DNA of 64,000 nt, taken from the NCBI RefSeq assembly GCF_055900595.2, contig NZ_CM148325.1. One strand, given 5' to 3'. The position numbers were made by a program, and so were the translations under genes. Of the stretch, positions 44,400 to 59,259 are shown piece after piece; the first letter of the stretch is position 1, and every line of letters starts with the position of its first letter. The notes under the pieces were generated by a model. The model saw only the letters and a list, made by a program, of their open reading frames with translations. It was not told where the DNA came from and did no database searches.

Positions 44400-44426
44400 C
44401 GCCCTCACCCGTGCTGGGTGAGGGCG
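44400..44426. terminator. Bidirectional hairpin between convergent aroP and ampE
   Basis: CGCCCTCACCC-GTGC-TGGGTGAGGGCG. Confidence 0.6.
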
Positions 44427-44433
44427 ACAATCT

Positions 44434-45288
44434 TTACACCAACGCCCCGTAAATCGTCAGTAGCGCAATTACCACCACGACCACGAACGAGGTTTTCTTC
44501 GCCATGGAAACCGCTGCCTTCGGCGTCTCCACCTTATCGACATGCGGTTCACGCGCCAGAGAGAACTGTGCCAGACGTGTTAATACCTGATATTGCGAAG
44601 TATGGAAATCACCCAGCGAAGCAAACCAGGCCGGTAACGCTTTCTCCCCATGACCGATCAAGGCATATACCACACCCGCAAGACGAACCGGCACCCAATC
44701 CAGTACATGAAGCACGGCATCAATGCCGGACTGTAAACGATGATGCGGCGTCTGGTAACGCGCCAGCCAGTATTGCCATGCACGCAAAAACGCATACCCC
44801 ATCAGCGTAACGGGTCCCCAGGTTCCCCCCACAATCAGCCAGAACAACGGAGCAAGATAAAAACGAAAGTTAATCCACAGCAATGCATTTTGCAGCTCAC
44901 GCAAATACTCACGTTCATCGCAGCCTGCCGGGACGCCGTGAATCATGGTGAGTTCGCCAGCCATCGTGGCACGGGCATGGCTATCATTACGTGAAGCAGC
45001 TGTCAGATAAGCATGATAATGAAGACGAACTTTACCTGCGCCAATACACAGCAAACCAATCAGCAGCCACACCAGCAGCGTGGGAACGTTGAACAATACT
45101 CCCTGCAATGCGCGTAACAGTAAAAAAGTCACGCCCATCGCAATAATGGTCATGCCTAATGTGCGCCCGAGAGAAAAATGTTTCACCCGCCGGAAGAACG
45201 CCTCAAGACGATGATCAAGCTGCCAGTGCTCGCCCAGCTTAAACAGGCGCTCGAAAATTAACACCAATAGGGTTGTAAACAGCGTCAT
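44434..45288 (-). CDS. ampE: AmpE inner-membrane protein (ampDE operon)
   Basis: 284 aa from [26 protein letters not shown]...; its ATG overlaps the ampD stop (ATGA). Confidence 0.9.
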
Positions 45289-45836
45289 GTTGTCTCCTTG
45301 CTGACCAGGGCGCGAAACCGTGCCCAATCAAAGGCGGGGCCGGGATCGGTTTTCCGATCCGGCGCAATATCACAATGGCCCGTCATGTTATTAGCGATAT
45401 CTGGATAGCGATCAATCAGTGCCCGCGTAACCGCCGCAAGCTGTTGATACTGCGCATCGGTATACGCCAGCGTATCGGTGCCTTCCAGCTCAATCCCAAT
45501 AGAAAAATCATTGCAGCGTTCGCGCCCCTGATACTGAGAGACTCCGGCATGCCAGGCACGTTTATCGAAAGGAACATACTGGACTATTTCACCATCGCGG
45601 CGAATCAAACAGTGAGCGGAGACGCGCAAATGGGCGATCTCAGCAAAGAAAGGATGTGCCTGCGGATCAATAGTTCCAGTGAATAATGCGTCGATCCACG
45701 GACCGCCAAACTCGCCTGGCGGCAGGCTAATATTGTGCACCACCAGCAGGGTGGGTGTTTCGTCATCCGGGCGGCAATCGTAATGTGGTGAGGGAACGCG
45801 GCGCGCGCCAACCAGCCACCCCTGTTCTAACAACAT
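45285..45836 (-). CDS. ampD: 1,6-anhydro-N-acetylmuramyl-L-alanine amidase
   Basis: 183 aa, [26 protein letters not shown]... Confidence 0.9.
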
Positions 45837-45863
45837 GCAGGATCTCCTTATATGTGGTGCTAA

Positions 45864-46817
<954 letters not shown>

Positions 46818-47019
46818 TTGCTGACAGATTTATCCGCTCCATCGCGGGCGGATAATCTCCCCTTTCCCAACTTTCTTCGTAACGCCTCGCAAATTTCTTG
46901 TCTTTAGCTGCAACGTAATAAAAAACTCCGGAAGCTGCTTTCCCGTTTCGTTTTTTGCCCCTCGCTTGTGCTGATGGCGTTTGCCAAAGTAGCGCCAACC
47001 AAATCAAGGAGCGAAACAA

Positions 47020-47460
47020 ATGGACAAGCAACGCGGTTTTACACTTATCGAACTGATGGTGGTTATTGGCATCATTGCCATTTTAAGCGCCATTGGTATT
47101 CCCGCTTATCAAAACTACCTGCGCAAAGCCGCACTCACCGACATGCTACAAACCTTTGTGCCTTACCGTACCGCCGTAGAGTTGTGCGCGCTGGAACATG
47201 GTGGATTAGATACCTGCGACGGTGGCAGCAATGGCATTCCCTCGCCTACCACCACCCGCTATGTTTCAGCCATGAGTGTGGCAAAGGGCGTGGTGTCGCT
47301 GACCGGGCAAGAAAGTCTCAATGGGCTAAGCGTCGTCATGACACCGGGTTGGGATAACGCAAACGGCGTCACCGGCTGGACGCGCAACTGCAATATTCAA
47401 AGTGACAGCGCATTGCAGCAAGCCTGCGAAGATGTCTTTCGCTTTGATGACGCCAACTAA
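47020..47460 (+). CDS. ppdD: Type IV prepilin (prepilin peptidase-dependent protein D)
   Basis: N-terminus MDKQRGFTLIELMVVIGIIAILSAIGIPAY, the class III signal/GFTLIE motif of type IV pilins. Confidence 0.9.
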   Translation: MDKQRGFTLIELMVVIGIIAILSAIGIPAYQNYLRKAALTDMLQTFVPYRTAVELCALEHGGLDTCDGGSNGIPSPTTTRYVSAMSVAKGVVSLTGQESLNGLSVVMTPGWDNANGVTGWTRNCNIQSDSALQQACEDVFRFDDAN

Positions 47461-47469
47461 GGAGCGGCA

Positions 47470-48855
47470 ATGAATATTCCACAGCTCACCGCCCTGTGTC
47501 TGCGTTATCAGGGAGTCTTGCTGGATGCCAGCGAAGAGGTGGTTCATGTTGCGGTGGTCGATGCCCCTTCGCATGAGCTACTGGACGCATTGCATTTCGC
47601 TACCACCAAACGTATTGAGATCACCTGCTGGACGCGCCAACAAATGGAAGGTCACGCCAGTCGCACCCAACAGACATTGCCCGTAGCTATTCATGAGAAG
47701 CATCAGCCCAAAGCAGAGTTGCTGACTCGAACGTTACAATCTGCGCTGGAACAACGCGCGTCTGATATTCATATCGAACCAGCGGACAATGCCTACCGCA
47801 TCCGCTTGCGTATCGACGGTGTATTGCATCCTTTACCGGATGTTTTACCGGATGCCGGAGTCGCATTAACCGCCAGATTAAAAGTGCTGGGCAACCTGGA
47901 TATTGCGGAACATCGCCTGCCGCAGGACGGGCAATTCACTGTCGAACTGGCAGGAAACGCCGTCTCATTTCGTATTGCGACCTTACCATGCCAGGGTGGT
48001 GAAAAGGTGGTATTAAGGTTGTTACAGCAGGTGAGCCAGGCACTGGATATCAACACGCTGGGGATGCAGCCGTTACAACTGGCGGACTTTGCTCATGCCT
48101 TGCAACAACCACAGGGACTGGTGCTGGTAACTGGCCCTACAGGCAGCGGCAAAACGGTCACGCTTTATAGTGCCCTGCAAACGCTGAATACCGCTGACAT
48201 TAATATTTGTAGCGTCGAAGATCCGGTTGAGATCCCCATAGCCGGACTAAACCAGACGCAAATCCATCCGCGTGCCGGTCTTACCTTTCAGGGCGTTTTG
48301 CGTGCGTTATTGCGCCAGGACCCTGACGTCATCATGATCGGAGAGATCCGCGATGGCGAAACAGCAGAGATCGCTATTAAAGCGGCGCAAACCGGTCACC
48401 TGGTGTTGTCTACCCTACACACCAATTCCACCACTGAAACGCTGGTACGTTTACAGCAAATGGGAGTCGCCCGCTGGATGCTCTCATCGGCGCTTACGCT
48501 GGTAATAGCCCAGCGTCTGGTACGTAAACTTTGCCCACATTGTCGCCTGCAGCAAGGGGAGCCCATCCATATTCCAGACAATGTATGGCCGTCGCCGCTG
48601 CCCCGCTGGCAAGCACCCGGTTGTGTACATTGCTACCACGGTTTTTATGGTCGCACGGCCTTATTTGAAGTTCTGCCCATAACACCGTTCATACGTCAGC
48701 TTATTTCCGCTAATACCGACGTTGAATCGCTGGAAACGCACGCCCGACAGGCGGGTATGCGAACGCTTTTTGAAAACGGCTGCCTGGCCGTGGAGCAAGG
48801 CTTAACCACCTTTGAAGAGTTAATCCGCGTATTGGGAATGCCGCATGGCGAGTAA
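47470..48855 (+). CDS. hofB: Type IV pilus assembly ATPase (GspE/PilB family)
   Basis: Walker A GPTGSGKT and a C-terminal CxxC...CxxC zinc motif. Confidence 0.9.
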   Translation: MNIPQLTALCLRYQGVLLDASEEVVHVAVVDAPSHELLDALHFATTKRIEITCWTRQQMEGHASRTQQTLPVAIHEKHQPKAELLTRTLQSALEQRASDIHIEPADNAYRIRLRIDGVLHPLPDVLPDAGVALTARLKVLGNLDIAEHRLPQDGQFTVELAGNAVSFRIATLPCQGGEKVVLRLLQQVSQALDINTLGMQPLQLADFAHALQQPQGLVLVTGPTGSGKTVTLYSALQTLNTADINICSVEDPVEIPIAGLNQTQIHPRAGLTFQGVLRALLRQDPDVIMIGEIRDGETAEIAIKAAQTGHLVLSTLHTNSTTETLVRLQQMGVARWMLSSALTLVIAQRLVRKLCPHCRLQQGEPIHIPDNVWPSPLPRWQAPGCVHCYHGFYGRTALFEVLPITPFIRQLISANTDVESLETHARQAGMRTLFENGCLAVEQGLTTFEELIRVLGMPHGE

Positions 48856-50047
48856 GCAACTCTGGCGCTGGCGTGGCATAACCGGCGACGGCAATGCGCA
48901 AGATGGGATGCTATGGGCAGAGAGCCGTGCTTTGCTGCTCATAGCACTACAGCAACAGATGGTTACCCCACTTAGCCTGAAGCGAATCGCCATCAATTCT
49001 GCGCAGTGGCGAGGAGATAAAAGCGCGGAAGTCATTCATCAACTGGCGACGCTACTCAAAGCCGGGTTAACGCTTTCTGAAGGGCTGGCACTGCTGGCGG
49101 AACAGCATCCCAGTAAGCAATGGCAAGCGTTGCTGCAATCGCTGGCGCACGATCTCGAACAGGGCATTGCTTTTTCCAATGCCTTATTACCCTGGTCAGA
49201 GGTATTTCCGCCGCTCTATCAGGCAATGATCCGCACGGGGGAATTGACTGGTAAGTTAGATGAATGTTGCTTTGAACTTGCTCGTCAGCAAAAAGCCCAA
49301 CGTCAGTTAGCCGATAAAGTGAAATCAGCGTTGCGTTATCCCATCATCATTTTAGCGATGGCAATCATGGTGGTTGTGGCAATGCTGCATTTTGTACTGC
49401 CGGAGTTTGCTGCTATCTACAAGACCTTTAACACCCCATTACCGGCGCTAACGCAGGGGATCATGACGCTGGCAGACTTTAGTGGCGAATGGGGCTGGCT
49501 GCTGCTGTTGTTCGGCTTACTGCTGGCAATAGCCAATAAGTTGCTGATGCGCCGCCCGACCTGGCTTATCGCGCGGCAGAAATGGCTGTTACGCATCCCG
49601 ATTATGGGTTCACTGATGCGGGGACAAAAACTCACGCAGATCTTTACGATTCTGGCGCTGACTCAAAGTGCAGGCATTACTTTTTTACAGGGCGTAGAGA
49701 GCGTCAGAGAAACAATGCGCTGCCCGTACTGGGAGCAACTTCTGACACAAATCCAGCACGATATCAGTAACGGTCATCCTATCTGGCTGGCGCTAAAAAA
49801 TGCCGGTGAGTTTAGCCCGCTCTGTTTGCAATTAGTGAGAACAGGAGAGGCATCCGGTTCGCTGGATCTCATGTTAGACAACCTCGCCCGTCATCATCGG
49901 GATAACACCATGGCGCTGGCGGATAACCTTGCAGCCTTGCTCGAACCGGTGTTGCTGGTCATAACGGGAGGAATTATCGGTACGCTAGTGGTGGCAATGT
50001 ATTTGCCAATTTTCCATTTAGGCGATGCGATGAGTGGGATGGGATAA
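48845..50047 (+). CDS. hofC: Type IV pilus inner-membrane platform protein (GspF/PilC family)
   Basis: 400-aa polytopic ORF; overlaps the hofB stop by 11 bp. Confidence 0.9.
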   Translation: MASKQLWRWRGITGDGNAQDGMLWAESRALLLIALQQQMVTPLSLKRIAINSAQWRGDKSAEVIHQLATLLKAGLTLSEGLALLAEQHPSKQWQALLQSLAHDLEQGIAFSNALLPWSEVFPPLYQAMIRTGELTGKLDECCFELARQQKAQRQLADKVKSALRYPIIILAMAIMVVVAMLHFVLPEFAAIYKTFNTPLPALTQGIMTLADFSGEWGWLLLLFGLLLAIANKLLMRRPTWLIARQKWLLRIPIMGSLMRGQKLTQIFTILALTQSAGITFLQGVESVRETMRCPYWEQLLTQIQHDISNGHPIWLALKNAGEFSPLCLQLVRTGEASGSLDLMLDNLARHHRDNTMALADNLAALLEPVLLVITGGIIGTLVVAMYLPIFHLGDAMSGMG

Positions 50048-50081
50048 CGCTGGCGTGTTACTCCACGCCAGCATTGGGAGA

Positions 50082-51125
50082 TTACAGATTGTTGAAGATG
50101 CGGTTTTCTTGTTCCTGTACACGGATAAACGTAGTGCGCTTGGTCAGCTCTTTCAGGCGTGAAGCCCCAACGTATGTACAAGCTGAACGCAGGCCGCCCA
50201 AAATATCACGCGCGGTATTTTCAACCGGGCCTCGCAGCGGCAGCTTAACGGTTTTACCTTCTGCTGCGCGATATTCCGCAACGCCGCCAACGTGACGTTT
50301 CATCGCAGACTCGGAGCTCATGCCGTAGAACAGCATAAATTTCTCGCCGTTCTCCTCAACGATGCGACCGCCGCTCTCTTCGTGGCCCGCCAGCATGCCG
50401 CCAAGCATGACGAAATCGGCACCGCCGCCAAAGGCTTTCGCGACATCGCCCGGCGTGGTGCAGCCACCGTCGCTGACGATCATTCCGCCCAGACCATGCG
50501 CAGCATCGGCACATTCGATCACCGCAGAAAGTTGCGGATAACCGACGCCTGTTTTGACGCGAGTTGTACAAACAGAACCGGGGCCAATGCCAACTTTAAC
50601 GATATCAGCACCGGAGAGGATAAGCTCCTCACACATTTCACCTGTCACGACGTTGCCAGCACAAATGGTTTTGGTCGGCCACGCTTCACGCGCTTTCGCA
50701 ACGAACTGCACGAAGTGTTCAGAATAACCATTCGCCACATCAATACAAACGAAGTTTAATGCCGGGTTCAGGTCGAGAATCTGTTTAGTTTTTTCGAAAT
50801 CCGCATCAGACGTACCGGTAGAAACCATCACATGTTTCAGCACATCAGCGGAAGAATTGTTGATAAACGCTTGCCACTCTTCGACAGAATAGTGTTTATG
50901 CACAGCAGTCAGAATATCAAAAGAAGCCAGCGCAGAGGCCATAGAAAATGTGCCTACGGTGTCCATATTTGCGGCAATAATCGGCACGCCGGACCAGCTC
51001 TGACCTGAATGTTTAAAGGTGAATTGACGTTCCAGTTCAACATCGGAACGGCTTTTAAGAGTGGAGCGTTTAGGGCGGATGAGAACGTCTTTAAAACCTA
51101 ACTTCAGATCTTCTTCAATACGCAT
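50082..51125 (-). CDS. guaC: GMP reductase
   Basis: 347 aa, [35 protein letters not shown]... Confidence 0.95.
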
Positions 51126-51349
51126 GTGCGGATTCCTGGGGTTAATGGCTATAAGGGTAAGAGCGCAACTCCAGTGACGCTATCATACGCACTAATCAAT
51201 GCGGCGCAAGACTGCGAAATTGTCTTTTTTTACGCTACAATCCCATAAATTTACCTGGTAAATAGTGAGCGAACGTTTCATCAATTTCGCTTTCGTGCGC
51301 TCATTTTTAACGTTTTGATAATCATGATGAATTCCCGGGAATATAAATT

Positions 51350-51970
51350 ATGAGGTATATAGTTGCCTTAACGGGAGGCATTGGCAGTGGCAAGAGTACC
51401 GTTGCCAATGCGTTTGCTGATCTCGGAATTAACGTCATTGATGCCGATATTATTGCGCGTCAGGTGGTTGAACCAGGTGCACCTGCGCTACATGCCATTG
51501 CTGATCACTTTGGCGCTAACATGATTGCTGCTGATGGAACATTGCAGCGCCGGGCCTTGCGCGAGCGGATTTTCGCCAACCCGGAAGAGAAAAACTGGCT
51601 TAACGCCCTGCTGCATCCGCTGATTCAGCAAGAGACGCAACACCAGATCCAGCAAGCAACTTCCCCCTATGTACTGTGGGTTGTGCCATTGCTGGTAGAA
51701 AACTCATTGTATAAAAAAGCGAATCGAGTGCTGGTGGTGGATGTCAGCCCAGAAACGCAACTTAAGCGCACCATGCAGCGCGATGATGTCACTCGCGAGC
51801 ATGTCGAACAAATCCTTGCTGCTCAGGCACCGCGCGAAGCTCGCCTTGCCGTGGCAGATGACGTCATTGATAATAACGGCGCACCGGATGCTATCGCATC
51901 GGATGTTGCCCGCCTGCACGCACACTATTTGCAGCTTGCGTCGCAGTTTGTCTCACAGGAAAAACCGTAA
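51350..51970 (+). CDS. coaE: Dephospho-CoA kinase
   Basis: 206 aa, [22 protein letters not shown] (P-loop). Confidence 0.95.
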   Translation: MRYIVALTGGIGSGKSTVANAFADLGINVIDADIIARQVVEPGAPALHAIADHFGANMIAADGTLQRRALRERIFANPEEKNWLNALLHPLIQQETQHQIQQATSPYVLWVVPLLVENSLYKKANRVLVVDVSPETQLKRTMQRDDVTREHVEQILAAQAPREARLAVADDVIDNNGAPDAIASDVARLHAHYLQLASQFVSQEKP

Positions 51971-52713
51971 TGCAGACCCAGGTCCTTTTTGAACATCCAC
52001 TAAATGAAAAAATGCGTACATGGCTGCGCATTGAGTTTTTGATTCAGCAACTCACCGTTAATCTACCCGTCGTTGACTACGCTGGCGCTCTGCATTTCTT
52101 CCGCAATGTCAGTGAATTACTGGATGTTTTCGAGCGCGGCGAAGTCCGTACTGAGCTGTTGAAAGAACTTGACCGCCAGCAGCGCAAACTCCAGACCTGG
52201 ATTGGCGTGCCTGGCGTTGACCAGAGCCGCATTGAAGCATTAATTCAGCAGTTAAAAGCGGCGGGGAGCGTATTAATTTCCGCGCCGCGTATCGGGCAAT
52301 TTCTGCGTGAAGATCGTTTGATTGCTCTGGTGCGTCAGCGACTGAGCATCCCAGGCGGCTGTTGTAGCTTTGATTTACCTACATTGCACATTTGGCTGCA
52401 TCTACCCCAGGCGCAGCGCGACAGCCAGGTAGAAACCTGGATTGCCAGCCTGAACCCGCTCACCCAGGCACTTACCATGGTGCTGGATTTAATTCGCCAG
52501 TCGGCCCCCTTCCGTAAACAAACCAGCCTGAATGGTTTTTATCAGGATAACGGTGGCGATGCCGACTTGCTGCGCCTGAATCTGTCGCTCGATTCACAGC
52601 TTTATCCGCAAATTTCCGGTCATAAGAGCCGTTTTGCCATTCGTTTTATGCCGCTGGATAGTGAAAACGGACAGGTACCGGAACGTCTGGATTTCGAACT
52701 GGCCTGTTGCTAA
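51970..52713 (+). CDS. zapD: Cell division protein ZapD (FtsZ-associated)
   Basis: 247 aa; its ATG overlaps the coaE stop (TAATG). Confidence 0.9.
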   Translation: MQTQVLFEHPLNEKMRTWLRIEFLIQQLTVNLPVVDYAGALHFFRNVSELLDVFERGEVRTELLKELDRQQRKLQTWIGVPGVDQSRIEALIQQLKAAGSVLISAPRIGQFLREDRLIALVRQRLSIPGGCCSFDLPTLHIWLHLPQAQRDSQVETWIASLNPLTQALTMVLDLIRQSAPFRKQTSLNGFYQDNGGDADLLRLNLSLDSQLYPQISGHKSRFAIRFMPLDSENGQVPERLDFELACC

Positions 52714-52722
52714 GGAGTAAAA

Positions 52723-52920
52723 ATGTCAGAAACTATTACGGTGAATTGCCCAACCTGCGGGAAAACGGTGGTGTGGGGTGAAATCAGCCCGTTTCGGCCA
52801 TTTTGTTCCAAACGTTGCCAGCTGATCGACCTCGGAGAATGGGCTGCTGAAGAAAAGCGAATCCCCAGCAGTGGCGATCTTTCCGAAAGCGATGACTGGA
52901 GCGAAGAGCCAAAGCAGTGA
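52723..52920 (+). CDS. yacG: DNA gyrase inhibitor YacG (zinc ribbon)
   Basis: 65 aa with CPTCGK...CSKRC zinc-finger cysteines. Confidence 0.9.
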
Positions 52921-52930
52921 CATTTTATCT

Positions 52931-53135
52931 GATGCGACGCTGGCCTGATAAGACGCGGGCAGCGTCGCATCAGGCATCGTGTGCAAATGTCGGATGCGGC
53001 GGGAACGCCTTATCCGACCTACAAGACCTTACATATCAACGTGTTAAAATTGTAGATGCTGATAAGACGCGCCAGCGTCGCATCGGGCATCTTGTGCAAA
53101 TGTTGGATGCGGCATAAACGCCTATCCGACATACA
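52931..53135. repeat. Cluster of four REP palindromes (BIME) between yacG and mutT
   Basis: Units at about 52931-52975, 52990-53024, 53057-53089 and 53102-53135, each matching REP consensus forms (GATGCGACGCTGGC..., GTCGGATGCGGCG...CGCCTTATCCGAC). Confidence 0.7.
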
Positions 53136-53520
53136 CACGCTTAAGCTTCGCAAGTACCGGTTCATTGGCTGGCGGAAAATCATCGGCATTCAGACCGACC
53201 AGCGACATCCACTCACCGGGTTGCCCTTCTTTACCCCACGGCTCCCCTTCCCAGCTTTCGACCAGCCAGAACCACAGTGTTATATGCCTGTCCGGGAATT
53301 CATATTCCAGTTTTTCAAATAGCGAATAATGTTGTGGGGTAATCCCGACTTCTTCCTGAAGTTCACGCACCACCGCCTGTTCCGGCGTTTCGCCCATTTC
53401 AATTTTACCGCCAGGAAACTCCAGTTTATTCGCCATGTGCGCATCTGCGGCGCGACGGGTTATAAAGATTTCATTGTTCTCGTTGCGAATAATACCTACC
53501 GCAATTTGCAGCTTTTTCAT
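53122..53520 (-). CDS. mutT: 8-oxo-dGTP diphosphatase (Nudix hydrolase)
   Basis: MKKLQIAVGIIRNENNEIFITRRA...; Nudix box GGKIEMGETPEQAVVRELQEEVG. The stop codon and last codons lie inside the fourth REP unit. Confidence 0.9.
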   Translation of the reverse strand: MKKLQIAVGIIRNENNEIFITRRAADAHMANKLEFPGGKIEMGETPEQAVVRELQEEVGITPQHYSLFEKLEYEFPDRHITLWFWLVESWEGEPWGKEGQPGEWMSLVGLNADDFPPANEPVLAKLKRVYVG

Positions 53521-53540
53521 TGTCTTAAACCTATAAAAAA

Positions 53541-53558
53541 GGCGCAGAATCCTGCGCC
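53541..53558. terminator. Hairpin between secA and mutT (possible terminator or attenuator)
   Basis: GGCGCAG-AATC-CTGCGCC stem flanked by A6 and T4. Confidence 0.5.
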
Positions 53559-53579
53559 TTTTACTTCAACTGTTAGCTT

Positions 53580-56285
53580 TTATTGCAGGCGACCGTGGCA
53601 CTGCTTGTATTTTTTACCAGAACCGCACGGACAAGGATCATTACGTCCAACTTTGCGTTCACCGGTTTGTGCCGCCAGTGCAGCTGCGGCTGCAGAGTCG
53701 TCATCCTGATGGCTAAGCTGCTGCATTTGCGCTAAACGCTCGGCTTCCATACGACGCTGTTGTTCCAGCTCCTCAACCTCTTCAGGCATACGTACCTGGA
53801 CTTTGCTCAGCGTGCTGATGACTTCATATTTCAGCGACTCCAGCATCGCTGCAAACATGGAGAACGATTCACGTTTGTATTCCTGCTTCGGATCTTTCTG
53901 TGCATAGCCACGCAGGTGGATACCTTGACGCAGATAATCCATCGCCGCCAGGTGCTCTTTCCACAGGGAGTCAAGCGTTTGCAGCATGACGCCTTTCTCG
54001 AAGTGACGCATCATCTCAGCGCCAACCACTTCTTCTTTACGCTGATACACTTCGATGGACTGCGCCAGAATACGCTCACGCAGCGTCTCTTCATGCAGTT
54101 CTGGCTCTTTGTCCAGCCACTCGGCAATCGGCAAATCGAGGTCGAAATCGTTCTTCAGACGTTCCTGCAGCCCCGGAATATCCCACATTTCTTCCAGCGA
54201 CTGCGGCGGAATGTAGGCATCGATGGTCGCTTTGAACACATCTTCACGAATGCTGTTGATGGTATCGCTCACATCGCTGACATCCAGCAGTTCATTACGC
54301 TGGGAATAAATAGCGCGACGCTGATCGTTAGCCACGTCATCATATTCCAGCAGTTGCTTACGAATATCGAAGTTACGGCTTTCAACTTTACGCTGAGCGT
54401 TGGCAATCGCTTTTGTCACCCACGGGTGCTCGATGGCTTCGCCTGGTTTCATACCCAGTTTACGCATCATGCCGGAAACACGGTCAGAAGCAAAAATACG
54501 CATCAGCGCATCTTCCATCGACAGGTAGAAACGGGAAGAACCGGCATCCCCCTGGCGCCCAGAACGACCGCGTAACTGGTTATCGATACGACGAGATTCG
54601 TGACGTTCTGTACCGATGATATGCAGACCACCTGCAGCCAGTACCGCATCGTGACGCACCTGCCAGTCGGCTTTGATTTTTTCAATTTGCTCTGCGGTCG
54701 GATTTTCCAGCGCGGCAACTTCTGCCTGCCAGCTACCACCGAGCACAATATCTGTACCACGACCCGCCATGTTAGTCGCGATAGTCACCGCCGCCGGATA
54801 ACCCGCTTGTGCAACAATCGCTGCTTCGTTAGCGTGGAATTTGGCGTTCAGAACGTTGTGTTTGATACCGGCTTTGGTCAGTTCGTTTGACACCAGCTCA
54901 GATTTTTCGATGGAGATAGTACCCACCAGCACCGGCTGGCCTTTCGCAGTACGTTCTTTGATATCTTCAATGATCGCCTGAATTTTTTCCGCTTCAGTCA
55001 TGTAGACCAGGTCCGGCAGATCTTTACGAATCATTGGACGGTTGGTCGGAACAACGACGGTATCCAGCTTATAGATGGAGCTGAATTCGAAAGCTTCGGT
55101 ATCAGCAGTACCGGTCATCCCCGCCAGTTTTTCATACAGACGGAAGTAGTTCTGGAAGGTGATCGACGCCAGCGTCTGGTTTTCGTTCTGGATCTGTACA
55201 CCTTCTTTCGCTTCCACTGCCTGATGCAGGCCATCGGACCAACGACGTCCCTGCATGGTACGACCGGTGTGTTCGTCAACGATGATAACTTCACCATCTT
55301 TAACGATGTAGTCGACGTCTCGGGTAAACAGCGCATGAGCGCGCAGCGCCGCCGTTACGTGGTGCATCAGCATGATGTTGGCCGGAGAGTACAGAGACTC
55401 CCCTTCATCCATGATGCCTTCTTTCACCAGCAGTTCTTCAATCAGCACCAGACCACGTTCGGTCAGGTTCACCTGGCGAGATTTTTCGTCCACCGAGAAG
55501 TGGCCTTCGCCCTGGAAGGTTTCGGAGTCTTCTTTTTCCTGACGGATCAGGTGCGGAATAATTTTATTCACGCGTTTATACATTTCCGAGCTGTCTTCTG
55601 CCGGGCCGGAAATGATCAGCGGTGTACGCGCTTCATCGATCAGGATGGAGTCCACTTCGTCCACCAGCGCATAGTGCAGTTTACGCTGTACACGTTCTTC
55701 AGGGCTGAACGCCATGTTATCGCGCAGGTAGTCAAAGCCGTATTCGTTGTTCGTACCGTAAGTGATGTCAGCTGCGTAAGCTTCACGCTTCGCCGGTGCT
55801 GGCATACCCGGCAGGTTGATACCGACTGTCAGGCCGAGGAATTCAAACAGCGGACGGTTGTTTTCGGCGTCACGTTGCGCCAGGTAGTCGTTGACGGTAA
55901 CAACGTGTACGCCCTTACCGGTTAATGCGTTCAGGTAAGCAGGCAGCGTTGCGGTCAGGGTTTTACCTTCACCGGTACGCATTTCCGCGATGCAGCGTTC
56001 GTTAAGAACCATACCGCCGAGTAACTGAACGTCGAAGTGACGCATACCAAAGACGCGCTTACTTGCCTCACGCACTACAGCGAAAGCTTCTGGGATCAGA
56101 TTTTCCAGCACTTCGCCTTTTTCCAGACGTGCACGAAACTCTGCAGTTTTCCCTTTAAGTTCTTCGTCGGAGAGTTTTTCCATCTCCGGTTCCATGGCAT
56201 TGATAATGTTGACGACTTTGCGCATCCGGCGCAGGGTGCGATCGTTACGACTACCGAAAACTTTAGTTAATAATTTGATTAGCAT
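53580..56285 (-). CDS. secA: Preprotein translocase ATPase SecA
   Basis: 901 aa, [25 protein letters not shown]...; C-terminal zinc-binding [14 protein letters not shown]. Confidence 0.95.
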   Translation of the reverse strand: MLIKLLTKVFGSRNDRTLRRMRKVVNIINAMEPEMEKLSDEELKGKTAEFRARLEKGEVLENLIPEAFAVVREASKRVFGMRHFDVQLLGGMVLNERCIAEMRTGEGKTLTATLPAYLNALTGKGVHVVTVNDYLAQRDAENNRPLFEFLGLTVGINLPGMPAPAKREAYAADITYGTNNEYGFDYLRDNMAFSPEERVQRKLHYALVDEVDSILIDEARTPLIISGPAEDSSEMYKRVNKIIPHLIRQEKEDSETFQGEGHFSVDEKSRQVNLTERGLVLIEELLVKEGIMDEGESLYSPANIMLMHHVTAALRAHALFTRDVDYIVKDGEVIIVDEHTGRTMQGRRWSDGLHQAVEAKEGVQIQNENQTLASITFQNYFRLYEKLAGMTGTADTEAFEFSSIYKLDTVVVPTNRPMIRKDLPDLVYMTEAEKIQAIIEDIKERTAKGQPVLVGTISIEKSELVSNELTKAGIKHNVLNAKFHANEAAIVAQAGYPAAVTIATNMAGRGTDIVLGGSWQAEVAALENPTAEQIEKIKADWQVRHDAVLAAGGLHIIGTERHESRRIDNQLRGRSGRQGDAGSSRFYLSMEDALMRIFASDRVSGMMRKLGMKPGEAIEHPWVTKAIANAQRKVESRNFDIRKQLLEYDDVANDQRRAIYSQRNELLDVSDVSDTINSIREDVFKATIDAYIPPQSLEEMWDIPGLQERLKNDFDLDLPIAEWLDKEPELHEETLRERILAQSIEVYQRKEEVVGAEMMRHFEKGVMLQTLDSLWKEHLAAMDYLRQGIHLRGYAQKDPKQEYKRESFSMFAAMLESLKYEVISTLSKVQVRMPEEVEELEQQRRMEAERLAQMQQLSHQDDDSAAAAALAAQTGERKVGRNDPCPCGSGKKYKQCHGRLQ

Positions 56286-56346
56286 AATAAAATCTCAAAC
56301 GCCCCGTGTTGCGGAGTCAATAAAATGAAATAAAAGTTTATCGTTG

Positions 56347-57063
<717 letters not shown>

Positions 57064-57089
57064 AATTTTATACGACAGTATAAATGTCG

Positions 57090-58028
<939 letters not shown>

Positions 58029-58107
58029 CTATCCAACCGAAGTGTACTATACATTCGGCGGGCCAGTTTAGCACAAAGAGCCTCGAAACCCAAATTCCAG
58101 TCAATTC

Positions 58108-59259
58108 TTAATCAGCTTGCTTACGCAGGAATGCTGGGATATCCAGATAATCCGGCTCTTTCGCAGTTTGCGGCGCATTGTCATTCACGACTTTAGCAAC
58201 CGGCTTCTGCTCCTGGGTCAGCGGAGCCATCCCGTGCTGCTGGTAGCGATCCATCACTGGCTGCTGAACCTGCTTATTGGTCACCAGAGTGATTTCAGGA
58301 CGTTTGTCCATACCGATACCTGTCGCAACAACAGTTACGCGCAGCTCGTCATTCATATCCGGGTCAAGAGAAGTACCGATAACGACAGTTGCGTTGTCGG
58401 ATGCAAATGCACGGATGGTGTTACCTACCGTTTCGAACTCATCCAGACGCAGGTCGAAGCCCGCCGTGATGTTAACCAGCACGCCGCGCGCGCCAGACAG
58501 ATCGATATCTTCCAGCAGCGGAGAGGAGATAGCCATTTCAGCAGCTTCTTCCGCACGGTCTTCGCCGCTCGCCACACCAGAACCCATCATTGCGTAGCCC
58601 ATTTCAGACATTACGGTACGTACGTCTGCAAAGTCCACGTTCATCAGGCCTGGACGAGTAATCAGTTCAGCGATACCTTGCACAGCACCTTTCAGTACAT
58701 CGTTCGCTGCGCCAAATGCATCCAGCAGGGAGATACCGCGGCCCAAGACTTTCAGCAGTTTGTCGTTAGGGATAGTGATCAGAGAGTCCACATGCTTGGA
58801 CAGTTCAGTGATCCCCTGCTCAGCGAATGCCATACGCTTCTTGCCTTCAAAGTTGAAAGGCTTAGTCACGACAGCAACGGTCAGGATCCCCAAATCTTTT
58901 GCCACTTCAGCGACAACTGGTGCTGCACCAGTACCGGTACCACCACCCATACCCGCAGCAATAAAGACCATGTCTGCACCTTCCAGCGCCGCACGCAGTG
59001 CATCGCGATCCTCATCAGCCGCATTACGGCCAACTTCTGGATTTGCGCCAGCTCCCAGTCCTTTGGTGATACCGCTACCGATTTGAATCGTCTGTCCAAC
59101 CGCTGTTTTACGCAGCGCTTGTGCATCGGTATTTACCGCGAAGAATTCAACACCTTCAATGCGCTCGCGCACCATGTGTTCAACAGCATTACCGCCGCCG
59201 CCGCCGACGCCGATGACTTTAATCACCGCGTCATTGGTAAGTTCCATTGGTTCAAACAT
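58108..59259 (-). CDS. ftsZ: Cell division GTPase FtsZ
   Basis: 383 aa with tubulin signature GGGTGTG. Confidence 0.95.

Noticed and set aside
53760-55925. Plus-strand ORFs of 271 aa and 233 aa
   Set aside because: Antisense to secA; shadow ORFs.
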